From Octopus vulgaris (taxonomy: Eukaryota), in the NCBI GenBank assembly GCA_951406725.2, contig OX597827.1, positions 19,096,001 through 19,160,000 of the forward strand: a stretch of DNA of 64,000 bases, given 5' to 3'. A program made the position numbers and the translations under genes. Below the pieces are notes generated by a model. It saw only the letters and a list, made by a program, of their open reading frames with translations, was not told the DNA's origin and searched no databases. Each line of letters opens with the position of its first letter. The stretch's first letter is position 1. Shown here piece after piece: positions 27,310 to 40,008 of this stretch.

Positions 27310-28164
27310 CAAAGCTGCACGGCTACGGCTGCAACCATTAAAATATTTCTACCTATCTATTTTGTCTACTATGCAGTATAGTAGGGTCATTTGGGCACCG
27401 TCTGCGAGCAAAACAGCACCACGACGCAATTTACTCAGCCAGAACGTTGGAAGCGACATGCCGTACTGCTTGGCATTCGCACCGGAAGCTCTAATACAAA
27501 CATTTCCGAGTGTTTGGGTGTCAATCTGAAGACAGTGTAATCTGAGGACATGTACCGAGAGTGATAAAAACCAAACATCCATGTGTTTCGAGTGATTACT
27601 AGTGATGGGGACGTTATGCCTCCATTCATCTTCCCACACGGCCCAAGACTGAACAACGGAGGCCTACATCAAGTGCCTGGAGGAGATAGTGCTGCCCTGG
27701 GTCAAGAGGGTGGGTACTGGAAGACCCTGTGTCTGGCAACAGGACTTTGCACCATGTCACGCAAGCAGGGGAAGCCAGTCATGGCTGTCAGACAATTTCT
27801 GAGAACACATCACCCCTAACATCTGGCGACCTAACTCCCCAGACTGCAACCCCCTTGATTATTATGTGTAGGGCGCAGTTGAGCGAGTGACTAACAAAAC
27901 TCATTGTAACACCAAAGATGAACTGAAGGCAAGGATTTTGGCACTATTCACCAATTTATAGAAGGAGACTACCCAGAAGAGTTGCAGGAAATTCTGAAGT
28001 CGTCTGGAGGCAATGGTTGAAGCCAATGGCGATTTTATCGAATAAATTTACTCTTTAATATTTCAAGATATTTTTATTTAATTTTGGTAAATATATCTGT
28101 TAAAATAAGATATCAGTGTTATTTTCATTTTTGCATAATTTAGATGTCAGTTTATTCACCGCAC

Positions 28165-28167
<3 letters not shown>
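27310..28167 (+). mobile_element. Decayed maT (DD37D) Tc1/mariner-superfamily transposon
   Basis: WQQD-FAPCH...NIWRPNSPDCNPL-D with 37 residues between the two Asp; C-terminus VEANGDFIE; right end TTTATTCACCGCACCTG. Confidence 0.88.
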
Positions 28168-28206
<39 letters not shown>

Positions 28207-28250
28207 TGAGAAAGTTTGTGTGTGAAAGCACGTGGTTGGATGTATAAAAA

Positions 28251-28443
28251 ATAGAAAAAGAGTGAAAAAACTACAGAAAGCTTGTTTTATAAGGTTAAAG
28301 AATATATTTAAGTCGTTATGTTAGAAAAAAATGTTATAAAATTTTGTTACTATACACAAAATTTTATAACATTTTTCTAACATAACATCTTAAATATATT
28401 CTTTAACCTTATAAAACAAGCCTTCTGTAGTTTCTTTACTCTT

Positions 28444-28449
<6 letters not shown>
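28251..28449. repeat. Fold-back hairpin with ~95-bp arms and an 8-nt loop, between (TA)n tracts
   Basis: 28251-28347 is the reverse complement of 28356-28449 with a few mismatches. Confidence 0.92.
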
Positions 28450-28506
<57 letters not shown>

Positions 28507-28561
28507 AAACAAGTTAATAAGTAATGGTCATTACATATTTTTCCTTTATTGGACCAAATTT

Positions 28562-28669
28562 GGCTTATAGCTGTTTCGAGTAGTCATTATAGAAACATTA
28601 CTGATAAGTTTACTCAATTAGTCTATTGCTAAATTGAGGTAAATTAATCGTACTTTCGTCAGAGACATT
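28562..28669 (-). ncRNA. Candidate type I hammerhead ribozyme (Penelope-like, probably decayed)
   Basis: Minus strand: ATGTCT-CTGACGA-aAGTA..long stem..TACTc-GAAA-CAGCTATA-AGCC, followed by AATAAA; lies within inverted repeats 28501-28544 and 28673-28722. Confidence 0.55.
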
Positions 28670-28906
28670 TCTGGGAAAATGTAATGACCATTATGACCGT
28701 TATTTTTAACTTGTTTCTTATATACCAAACTGTAAAAACCAAATTTTGGTGGGATCCCATCCATGGATCTACATGGTGAACCATAACTTGGAACCCTGCC
28801 AAAAGATTACTTGGAGTTCTTTAATCTAATTTTGTTCGCCTGGTGTGCCAACAGAGAGAGCTTAAGACCTATTTTGCCCGGATTGTAAACCACTCACTAT
28901 TTGTTC

Positions 28907-28958
<52 letters not shown>

Positions 28959-28980
28959 TGCGTGTGTGTGTCCCCCCGGT

Positions 28981-29160
28981 ATTCGCCATGATAGATCGCT
29001 AGCCACTACACATTCTTTATTTTCTTTCTGTGGAAGAGCGTAGAAGAGCGTAGGCTCGAATCGTTAAAGACTTTTTCACTTCCCGAGCGTTATACTAATA
29101 CATGTTTGTTGTCTACACCACCTGTATTCGTCTTCTGTTTTTTTTTTTCTGAATTCTCCC

Positions 29161-29162
<2 letters not shown>
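28981..29162 (+). mobile_element. Family H repeat
   Basis: Homologous to the other H copies; GAAGAGCGTA locally duplicated. Confidence 0.75.
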
Positions 29163-29242
<80 letters not shown>

Positions 29243-29396
29243 TGGATATGTATACATGTCTGTTTTTTTCTATATTTTCTGTGTTTTTTACGCTTTATGT
29301 TTCAGCCCAAAGGCCGTGCCCATGCTAGAGCACTGCCAGTACTTACACATATATGAACACAATATAATTTTTGAAAATATGCAAATACATATACAC

Positions 29397-29760
29397 AGGC
29401 GCAGGCGAGGCTGCGTGGTGAGAAGCTTGCTTCCCAGCCACCTGGTTCTGGGTTCAGTCCTACTGCGTGGCACTTTGCACAAGTGTCTTCTACTATAGCT
29501 TCAGGCCGACCAAAGCCTTGTTAATGGATTCGATAGACGGAAACTGAGTGTGCCTTTGTGTCTGTCCCCTGCCACCGCTTGACAACCGTTGTTGGTGTGT
29601 TTATGTCCCTGTAACCTAGCAGTACGGCAAAATAGTCCGATAGAAAAAAGTACTAGGCTTAAAACATAAGTACTGGAGTGGTTTTATTCGACTAAAAATT
29701 CCTGGTGGTACCCCAGTATGACCGCAGTCTAATGATTGAAACACGTATAAAAGATAAAAT
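29397..29760 (+). mobile_element. SINE group C (diverged)
   Basis: Head CAGGCGCAGGCGAGGCTGCGTGGTGAGAAGC and tail motif. Confidence 0.8.
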
Positions 29761-29806
29761 GTATAAAATATTTGTTTATGTAAGTGTGGGTATGCGTGTT
29801 TGTGTT

Positions 29807-29843
<37 letters not shown>

Positions 29844-29847
29844 GAGT

Positions 29848-29917
<70 letters not shown>

Positions 29918-30859
29918 TTATGAGATTCATTGCTGAACAAAATAAAGTATTTTTCGTAGCACAAATGCTAAACCAATGCCTGCGCCGTGAACAAGGATTA
30001 ATCTTCTCTCTTCGCTCCTTTACGCCATTTGGGCTCAACTCTCCTTTCTTATTCCGACTCCTACTTCTCTTCACCCCTACTCTCTTTCTCTCTTCTCTCT
30101 TACTCTCTTTCTCTGTTCCCTCTTTCTCTCTTCTCCCTTACTATTTCCCCCTCTCTCTCTTCTCTCTTACTCTCTTTCTCTCTTCTCTCTTCTCCCTTAC
30201 TATTTCCCCCTCTCTTTCTCTCTTTTCTCTTACTCTCTTTCTCTCTTCTCTCTTCTCTCTTACTCTCTTACTCTCTTACTCTCTTACTCTCTTACTCTCT
30301 CTCCTTACATACCCACCTTCCCTTTCCCCTTCATTGTCAACCTTCCCCCATAAGCCCAACCCACCCCAACACATTCCTACTCCACCTTCTCTATCCTTCC
30401 CATCCACCCATCCTATCCCCTACGCCCTTTCCCACATACCCCACCTCTACCCCACCTCTACCCCACCCCCTGCCTACCCACATACCCCACCCTCTGCCTA
30501 CCCACATACCCCAACTCTACCCCAACCCTCAGCCGAACCCACACACTAACCGTGCTTTCGCCACTCTTGCCTCCCCACCACCTCACCTCCCAACAACATC
30601 ACACCACACTACACCATACAACATTACACATCACATCACAACACACCACCCACACACCAGCACTGACCAATTCCCATCCCCACATTTTCACACCCACACA
30701 TACATACACGTACACGTCCAGACCACCAGCCCTCTTTCACACGCACATACATACTCTCTTATGCACACACGCGCCTTCGTGTTGGTGGGGGGGGGGGGGC
30801 ATCATTACTTTGTTATCTCCCCTACTTCTTCGCTCTCTTGTGCAACCCTTCTGTCCGGC

Positions 30860-31032
30860 AGTCAGTCGCCATGATAGATCGTTAGCCACTACACACATTT
30901 TTTCTGTGTCCATTTCTGTACAAGAGCGTAGGCTCGAAACGTAAAAGACTTTTTCTATTCCTGAGCGTTATACTAATACATCTGTTTGTTTTGTACACCT
31001 TAGTCTTATGTTTTTTTTTCGTAAACTCTCCC

Positions 31033-31033
<1 letters not shown>
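30860..31033 (+). mobile_element. Family H repeat, preceded by ~800 bp of C/T-rich sequence
   Basis: CAGTCGCCATGATAGATCGTTAGCCACTAC...GAGCGTAGGCTCGAAACGTAAAAGAC. Confidence 0.75.
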
Positions 31034-31070
<37 letters not shown>

Positions 31071-31122
31071 CATTATATACACATATATATGTGCATGTGT
31101 GTATGTATGCATGGGTATTATG

Positions 31123-31179
<57 letters not shown>

Positions 31180-31226
31180 ATATATATATTATTGTATATA
31201 ATAATATAGTATATAATAATATATAT

Positions 31227-31764
31227 AAGAAAGAAAGAGACCTCAATATTATGTAAATAGAGGACATTTATCTATACAATAATATGTTACTTTACTCGGT
31301 AGTCAAGATAAAACTCTAAGTTTCAGATGCCGAAGTGGAAATCCACAACATATATAAAAATATAAAAATATATATATATAAAATCTTCTTGGGACATAAC
31401 ATAGAAAGCATGTTCTATCTGTTTTCTATGTTATGTCCCAAGAAGATTTTATATATATATATATTTATATATTTTTATGTATTTTTATATAATTTTTATG
31501 ACGAAAAATGCGAACGATGTATAAGTACGCAGGCAAGCAGAGTTATAACACAGTAATTTCCCTTTATTTAACGGTATTTTTTCATAGCGTTTTCAAATAG
31601 CCAGATAACCGAAGAGATGGTGTTGTGGATTTCCACTTCGGCATCTGAAACTCAGAGTTTTATCTTGACTACCGAGTAAAGTAACATATTATTGTATAGA
31701 TAAATTTCCTCTATTTACATAATATTGAGGTCTCTTTCTTTCTTTTGTTATCTTACCGTTTTAT

Positions 31765-31770
<6 letters not shown>
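31227..31770 (+). mobile_element. Penelope-like fold-back element: 124-bp inverted arms enclosing a second hairpin
   Basis: 31227-31350 versus 31621-31744 (2 mismatches seen); inner hairpin about 31351-31480; (TA)n on both sides. Confidence 0.75.
31603..31665 (+). ncRNA. Candidate type I hammerhead ribozyme
   Basis: AGATAA-CCGAAGA-GATG...CATC-t-GAAA-CTCAGAGT-T-TTATCT: helix I 6 bp, helix II GATG/CATC plus GTGGA/TCCAC, palindromic helix III. Confidence 0.6.
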
Positions 31771-31820
<50 letters not shown>

Positions 31821-32281
31821 TTATATAGATATATACACATATTTACTTAAACATTCTCATACATTTTTACATGTATACATAATAAATGTATATATACACG
31901 CTCATATACACGCATGGAGAATACAAAAGGCCCAGCCATGTATTCAAGATCACAAGGAAAAAGATAGCTTTAATAACGAACGACAAAAGAATTAAAGAGA
32001 CCATGTTCATCGAACGCCTTAAAAAACATCAGTTTGATTAGCTACTTCCGTGAGCTGCATAATTTCCATTGGTTGACTTGAACTGGGTATGCAATCATTG
32101 GCGTTTGCCATAACGTCTCCCTGATGTCTTGTCTATTATTACAACACGTCTACTAACTGTGGTATCATATAATGGATCAGTGGACTCTTTTATGGTCAAC
32201 TTATCGATTGATAATTCTTCTCTTTTAATCTGCTACTAGCATCGACGTTTACGCAATTAAATACGTCTTTGTATTCACATG

Positions 32282-32327
<46 letters not shown>

Positions 32328-32485
32328 TGTGTTTTGTGTGTATCGGGTGGGTGGGTGTCTAAAAAGTTGGCTACGCAATGACGTTGTTTCGGGTTCAGTT
32401 CAACTGCATGGCATCTTGAACAAATATCTTCTACTCGGGGTCTAACAATTTAAAGGAATTTCGTTAGCGGAAGCTGCAAGGAATC

Positions 32486-32548
<63 letters not shown>

Positions 32549-32788
32549 AACTATATAATAATAATATATATACTCCGATTTAAAGCATTTATCTAAACAA
32601 TTGACTGAAAAATAATGAGCGAACTCCGACTAGAATCGAACCCACATATCAACGCTAACAATACTCCTTGCGCATCCAATTGATCCAGAACACTCACCCA
32701 TGAATTTCAGTCAAATTTTATGTGCATTTACTTAAACGGTTTAGTACTACATATAATATTTGTGAACAAACCCGGATATGTATACAGA

Positions 32789-32988
32789 CGAGGGGTGTTG
32801 AAAATTTCCTGGATTTAAGGGTGTCGCGAAAAGCCTGGCTATAGGCCATTAAGGGGCTTAGAAAAATTGAAGGACCGCAGCAATAAATGTGCGAATCTGA
32901 GAGAGGAATATGTTGAATAAGATCGTAATTAACTGATCCTTCTCTATTTTCTTTTATCCAAAGGCAGGAACTTTTCGGCACCCCCTCG
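32789..32988 (+). mobile_element. Mariner-derived MITE
   Basis: TIRs CGAGGGGTGTTGAAAATTTCCTG and CAGGAACTTTTCGGCACCCCCTCG|TA; retains the transposase C-terminus (..NKCANLRGEYVE*). Confidence 0.8.
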
Positions 32989-33640
32989 TATAAGTTGATA
33001 AGTATAATAATGTAACCAGTAGAATACCAAATTACGATCCACAAAAATAACCATAACAACCCGATGAACCCCCATAAGAAGATAGAGAAAACAATAAGAA
33101 AAAAAGAGGGACAAATACTCAGGATACAATAAAAAAAAGATGCAGCTCGGACAGTAGAGAAAAAGATACAAAAACGAGGGAATCTCAGGTACAACTACCT
33201 AGTGGATCTAACGGCAGAAGAGATAGTACGCTGAACCTTAGATGTAAAGTAAACTACCCCATGCGTAAACACACACAAAACACTACAATACGATGGCAAT
33301 AGCTCTACGCATGCGGACAGCCACCACGGAAGAAAGAAAAGGATTTCTTATGTGGATCACCTTTCCAACTGTCTATGATATTTGCATCATGTGTACGTAT
33401 GTGATGGATGTTTAGTGCGTACACATGTATGTTACTCATATATATATACATACATGTGTGTGTATGTGCGTGTGTGGACGTAAATGTCGAACGATGAGAA
33501 TGAGTGCCCAGCACCGCATTGGTGGATATAATTTCTTTATTTGTGTATTAAGGCTACTATTGGTTTCATGCTCAGAAAAATATCTATATATATCTTAACA
33601 GGTTTTCCAGCCGATCATATGGAGGAATGGCGTTCGTCTT

Positions 33641-33688
<48 letters not shown>

Positions 33689-33772
33689 CGCGTGTGTGTG
33701 TGTGTGTGCTTGCGTGTGTGTGTATGTATGTATATATATATATATATACATACACACACATATATATATATA

Positions 33773-34512
33773 CGAGGTCTGAGCAATAAGTATCCGAATT
33801 GTTGCTATAGTAACGACGCTAAAGCACGCAGAGTAAAACCGCCTGCAACAGATTGACCTTAAACTTTGTTGTGCATGCGCACTGAGTCTCTGACGTTTTA
33901 GCTCATTTCCGCTATTTACAGCAGTACTTGGAAGGATTGACCATGACAGAGAAAGTTGTCATGGCGATACCCGCTCAGAGCCTATGCAAAGCTGCAGAAA
34001 GTGGAATGTATGATCCACACACAAGTGTACGGGTGGTTCAGACGTTTCCAAGATGGCCGAAAAATGTCGACCGTGGCCAACGTTCTGGGAGACCCGCAAC
34101 CAGCAGAACTGAGAAAAACATTGCAGATGTGTATGTGGCTGTGAGGGGAAATCATCGAATCCCCAACCGTGGGTTATGAGAGGATGTGCAGATTAGTTAC
34201 GATTCAGTTCAGTTCATTATCACTGAAGATTTGGGTATGAGATGCGTGTCTGCTAAGTGCCAAAACGGGTTTCAGTTGCACAAGATCTCCTTGATTGTGT
34301 CGAGAACGATGAAAACTTTTTGAAAACTTTACCTGGACCTCTGAGCAGGTATCGCTGAGCTTTTGACAAAATTTGATGCATCTTCTCTGCTCGACTTTCT
34401 CTGACATTGCCAATGCGAAGATCACACGCTACAGACCTTCCTTCTAAGTACTGCTGTAAACAGTGGAAGTTAGCTAGAACGTTAAAACTTAGTGCAGATG
34501 CACAGCAGAGTT
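33773..34512 (+). mobile_element. Rearranged mariner remnant with two inward-facing 5' portions
   Basis: TA|CGAGGTCTGAGCAATAAGTATCCG terminus; HTH remnants (QVYGWFRRFQDGR, RSGRPATSRT); inverted copy encoding MSEKVEQRRCIKFCQKL at about 34340-34510. Confidence 0.75.
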
Positions 34513-34673
34513 GGGGGGTTGGGAGGGGGTGCGTGTGCGTGCGTACCTGTGTGTAAGAAAAACATATTTACTAACAGAAAAATCTGTTATTAAAATAAAT
34601 TATCGTTTGCATACTTTTCTAATCAGTGTCGTCCTAATGAAATTCCTTAAATACATGCATACACACTCACTGA

Positions 34674-34728
<55 letters not shown>

Positions 34729-34761
34729 AGGGTGAACAACGTATTTTAATAGAGAGTGAGA

Positions 34762-35065
34762 GTGGAGGCACATGGCCTAATAGTTAGAGCAGCGGACTCG
34801 CGGTCGAAGGATCACGGGTTCGAATCTCAGACCGGGCCTTGTGTGTGTTTATGAGCGAAAACACCTAAGCTCCACCCGGCTCCGGCAGAAGGTAATGGTT
34901 AATGTCTGCTGATTCTTTCGCCACAACTTTCTCTCACTCTTTCCTCCTGCATCTTGCAGCTCACCTGCGATGGACCGGCGTCCCGTCCAGCTGGGGAACC
35001 TATACGCCAAGAAACCGGTTGTCAAGTGATGTTGGGGGGACGAACACAGACACACAAACATACAC

Positions 35066-35130
<65 letters not shown>
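34762..35130 (+). mobile_element. SINE B3 fused to an antisense SINE C fragment
   Basis: B3 sequence switches at AAGAAACCGG|TTGTCAAG to the reverse complement of the C body. Confidence 0.7.
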
Positions 35131-35149
<19 letters not shown>

Positions 35150-35155
<6 letters not shown>

Positions 35156-36042
35156 CAGTAGTAGCTACAGTGCCATCAACATCGGTTCAACAATAGCGAC
35201 ATCACCATCGAATCGGCAACAATAGCAACAGCAAATTTTAATATGCGGCAATAGCAACAGCAACATCGATTAAAAATAGCAACTGCAATAGCAACGTTGA
35301 CTCGATAAAAAAAATATAGCGATTGCAACATTGACTCAGCAGCAATAGCAACAGCAACATCGAATCAACAATAACAACAATTTCAACATCGAATCCACAA
35401 CAATAGCAACAGCAAGAGCATCGTCGAATCGACAATAACAGCATCAGCAACATTAAGCCGACAACGATAGCAACAACAGTATCAACATCGAGTTAACAAC
35501 AATAAGTATAAAAGGAACAATAACATCGAAAATGCTTACAGCAATAACAACAACAACAACAAGAAAATTAGCAATAACTTTGAAAACAAGCGAAATAATG
35601 ATGACAATAGCAACAACCAGAATAACAACAGTGTTAATAGCAGCCACAATAGCAACAATAGTAGATTAGCATCAACGACAAAAACAAGTCTGACAACAAC
35701 AATGTTAACGGTAACAAAAATATCAATAACAAAAGAAAAACAGACATCAGTAAAAATATCGATGGCAGATACATTAGCAACAACATTAGCATCTGTGACA
35801 ACAACAACAACAACAACAATAAAGAAAAACAATATCAGCAAACACAGCAAACTAGAAAACAGCACATATGTGCATGTAGGTGTGTGTGCGCGTGTGTGTG
35901 TGTGTGTGTGTGTGCGTGTGTCTGTGTGTGCGTGTGTGTGTGTGTGTGTGCGTGTGTGTGTGGCGTATAACATAAACTACAAAACACAAGAGAAGCAACA
36001 ACAGTAACAACAACAACAATTATATCAAGAATAATAGAAGTA

Positions 36043-36096
<54 letters not shown>

Positions 36097-36457
36097 GTAA
36101 TAATAATTAAACAACAATGATAATAATAACAAGAACAATAACAACAATAATAATAAAAACAACAACGACAATAACAAGAACAATAACAACAACAATAATA
36201 AAGGCAGCAACAACAACAACAACAACAATAATAATAATAATAATAACAATAACAATAATGATAATATTAAAAAGAACAAGAACAGAAAATGAGAAGAATA
36301 ACAACAACGGTAACAACTACAAAAATCGCAACGACGATGACGGTGAAGAAGAAGAAGAAGAAGAAGAAGAAGAAGAAGAAGAAGAAGAAGAAGAAGAAGA
36401 AGAAGAAGAAGAAAAAAAAAAGAAGAAGAAGAAGAAGAAGAAGAAGATGACGATGAC

Positions 36458-36495
<38 letters not shown>

Positions 36496-36520
36496 GGAGG
36501 AGGAGGAGGAGGAGAACGAA
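35150..36520. repeat. Degenerate (CAA)n, (AAT)n, (GAA)n and (GAT)n arrays
   Basis: Directly visible. Confidence 0.9.
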
Positions 36521-36807
36521 GACGAAAACATTGATGAAGTATCTAAATTTGTGTAATGTCAAGACGGGTGCCATATTGTCCTCTTGGTGAAAACTGAGAT
36601 GGCGTCTAGCTGTGACAGAAACTGGTCTTATGCGCTCTACAGCCTCCTGTCTTTATCTCTCTATCTCTGTCTCTCTCTCTGACTCTCTCTGTCTCCCTCT
36701 CTCTCTCGTTCCTTCTCTCTCTCTTTCTCTCTCTGTTTTCTACTTTCCACTTTTGCTCTTGTTATATGTATTTCTTGGCCTCTTTTTCTTACATTTTCTC
36801 ACTTTCG

Positions 36808-36864
<57 letters not shown>

Positions 36865-36949
36865 TTTATCTCTCTATCTATCTATCTACCTATCTATCTG
36901 TTTATCTATCACTCACAAACACACATACACACACACATACATACACACA

Positions 36950-37000
<51 letters not shown>

Positions 37001-37444
37001 GCATATACACACACATAACTCATGCACGTTTATCTGTTTCAATCACTCGTACTTTGTTAACTTCTTTTTCTCTTTCCCTCTCTGCCCCTCTCTTTATACG
37101 CACACACACACATATATACTTGTGTGTGTGTGTGTGTGTCTATACTTACAGCAATATACATACACCCGAGTTTCCAATGACTGCCAAATATATATATATA
37201 CACACACACACACATCCCCCACACATATGCACACATATATACACTTACACAGATGCATACGCCAATACCTCGATTAATAAAATTAATGTGTTCCAGAATT
37301 TTCGCTATCTAAGGAAGATAAAATATATTTTTAAGCTGATAACACCTTATCATTTATTGAAAGAAATGCCCACCTGTTCAAAATACTGTAGTAGGCCTAC
37401 GATGTCCCCCACATGTATTGAAAAACTACTCTACATACAAATAT

Positions 37445-38480
37445 ATATATTTCTTTATTGCCGAAAGGGGGCTAAACATAGAGGGGGCAAACAAAGATAG
37501 ACAAAGCGACTAAGTCGATTACATCGACACCAGTGTGTAAACTGGTACTTAATTTAATCAACCTCGAACGGATGAAGGGCAAAGTTGACCTCGGCGGAAT
37601 TTGAATTCAGAACGTAACGGCAGACGAAACACGTGTGGTAAGTAGCTTGCTAACCAACCACATGGTTCCGGGTTCAGTCCCACTGCGTGGCATCTTGGGC
37701 AAGTGTCTTCTGCTATAGCCCCGGGCCGACCAATGCCTTGTGAGTGGATTTTGGTAGACGGAAACTGAAAGTAGCCTGTCGTATATATGTATATACATAT
37801 ATGTATGTGTGTGTGATTGTGTGTCTGTGTTTGTCCCCCAAGCATTGCTTGACAACCGATGCTGGTGTGTTTACGTCCCCGTCACTTAGCGGTTCGGCAA
37901 AAAGAGACCGATAGAATAAGTACTGGGCTTACAAAGAATAAGTCCAGGGGTTGATTTGCTCGACAAAAGGCGGTGCTCCAGCATGGCCGCAGTCAAATGA
38001 CTGAAACAAGTAAAAGAGTAAAAGAGTAATTCAAACAAAGAATAAGAATACTCGAATCCATAAAAAATAATATAAATATCGTACTACTGTTTGTTTTAGA
38101 ACAGTGCTTCTCAGCCATTTTTTGTCTATGGACCTTTGATTTCTATTTTACTCGGGCAGATCCTCATATACATTAGATATTAAAAAAAATTTATTATTCT
38201 TAGCACAGGCGTGGCTGTGTGGTAAGAAGCTTGCTTGCCAACCACATGGTTCCGGGTTCAGTTCCATTGCGTGGCACCTTGGGCCAGTGTCCTCTACTAT
38301 AGCCTTGGGATTTGGTAGGCGGAAACTGAAAGAAACCCGTCGTGTGTGTGTGTGGTGTATTTGTGCGTGTGTGTGTGTGTGTGGTGTGGTGTATGTGTGT
38401 GTGTGTGTGTGTGTTAGTGTACCATCGCCTGACAACTGATAATGGCGTGTTTAAATCTCCCGTAACTTAGCTGTTCGGCT
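37445..38480. mobile_element. SINE cluster: D (-, 37445-37630), C (+, 37633-38027), C (+, 38205-38480)
   Basis: Homology to other copies. Confidence 0.85.
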
Positions 38481-38629
38481 CTCTGTTATTGTTTCGCGAG
38501 TCTACTTTACGATTTTGTCCTGTCCTGGCAACCAATGTGTGTGCTATCGGTAGATAATATTGACTGATTTCCGATAAACGAAATTTCGCTTCCTAGTCAG
38601 TTCAGAAATGTTTCTCTTAGTATTTGTAT

Positions 38630-38932
38630 TGTTTGATCCTTCTCGAGCCATGTCTAGCTCATAAGGGCCGGTTTCCCGGTTTCTTGGCGTATAGGTTCCC
38701 CACCTAGACAGGACGCCGGTCCGTCGCAGGTGAGTTGCTAGATGCAGGAGGAAAGAGTGAGAGAAAGTTGTGGCGAAGAAGTCAGCAGAAGTTCGCCATT
38801 ACCTTCTGCCGGAGCCGCGTGGAACTTAAGTGTTTTCGCTCATAAACACACACATCGCCCGGTCTGAGATTCGAACCCGCGATCCCTCGACCACGAGTTG
38901 GCTGCTCTAACCACTAGGCCATGTGCCTCCAC
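38630..38932 (-). mobile_element. SINE group B3
   Basis: Homology to 10719-11022. Confidence 0.88.
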
Positions 38933-38934
38933 TA

Positions 38935-39900
38935 GCATCATCAATGTGAGGCAATCATTTGCTATCTTATATTCCGGAGTATTTTTTTTTTTCTTACCTT
39001 TACACTTGAAGTTTTAGAAGAACTCCGAAGCAGTCTGGATGATAGTATTTGCAAATTTGGATCTTTTCGGTTTGAACGGCAGTTTTTAACATAATTTCTA
39101 GGTAACTAAAAAAATTTTAAACTTCGTATACTGGTAGAATGTGTTTATAAAACATCTTTTTCTCTTGGCTTTATTGAGAAAATTCTATAGTTTGTAAGAT
39201 ATTTGTTGTTTTCTTTCTTCAATTTCTGCAATTTCAACCAATCACTGACGTCCATTGAGGTAAAAAAAACATTCTGTGCCGTATGAATATGTCCCTCGTT
39301 TAAGAAACAGATTGGGTTTATTTACATTTGTAAAGAAAAAAAGATACCCTTCCCCCCACATCTAACCCTAACCCTAACCCTAAACCTAACTAACCCTAAC
39401 CCTAAAAACAGATTGAAATGCAATAGATCGATACTAGGGTCATAATTATGGGTGACAATTTCATATGACACCGCTAGAAAAAAACTGCCGTTAAAACCGA
39501 AAAGATCCGCAAAATTTTTCCTATTATCCGAATGCTAAAGAGATTTGATCGTTTCTTCAACTTTTCAAATCATCTATAAGAAGCAATAAACGTCTGAGAG
39601 TTTTCTTCAGCTTCTTATTTCAATTGATGAAGTAAATTTAAAGCTTTTTGCTGGATAATGGCTTGAAGAGCGTTAAGTGATACCGTGACGTATAGCCTAC
39701 TCAAACACTTATTATTTTCTCCATATCTCCCAAGATTTTATTGCAGGCGCAGCATTATTTTAGAAGTGTTACACTCACGTGAATTTTACATCACAAAATT
39801 CGCAAATTTACTGTGTGCAGTTCTAAAGTTGATAATGTCAGTCCGAACATTTTTCTTCTTTGTTTCTCCCTCTCCTTCCACCTCTTCTTTTTGTGATATT
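38935..39900 (-). pseudogene. Second decayed Tigger/pogo transposase fragment, interrupted by a MITE
   Basis: Minus-strand QAIIQQKALNLLHQLK..FIASYR*FEKLKKRSNLFSIRIIG (CENP-B-type HTH) and PEYKIANDCLTLMML (compare PGFKVAKDRITLLLG). Confidence 0.7.
39059..39508. mobile_element. MITE with ~29-bp TIRs and 8-bp TSD (Merlin-like), containing (CCCTAA)n
   Basis: TIR GGATCTTTTCGGTTTGAACGGCAGTTTTT; TSD GCAAATTT/GCAAAATT; second copy at 57759-58183. Confidence 0.85.
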
Positions 39901-40008
39901 CACTTTGGTGTCTAATAATAATATTACTTTTTACTTACGCGTCATGATGGGAGAATAAGAGTAAGGAATTAATCTTAGCACAAAATTTCTGTCTTTATGA
40001 AATTGTCT

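Noticed and set aside
39361-39404. Telomere or chromosome-fusion scar
   Set aside because: Short CCCTAA run internal to a MITE present twice in the window.
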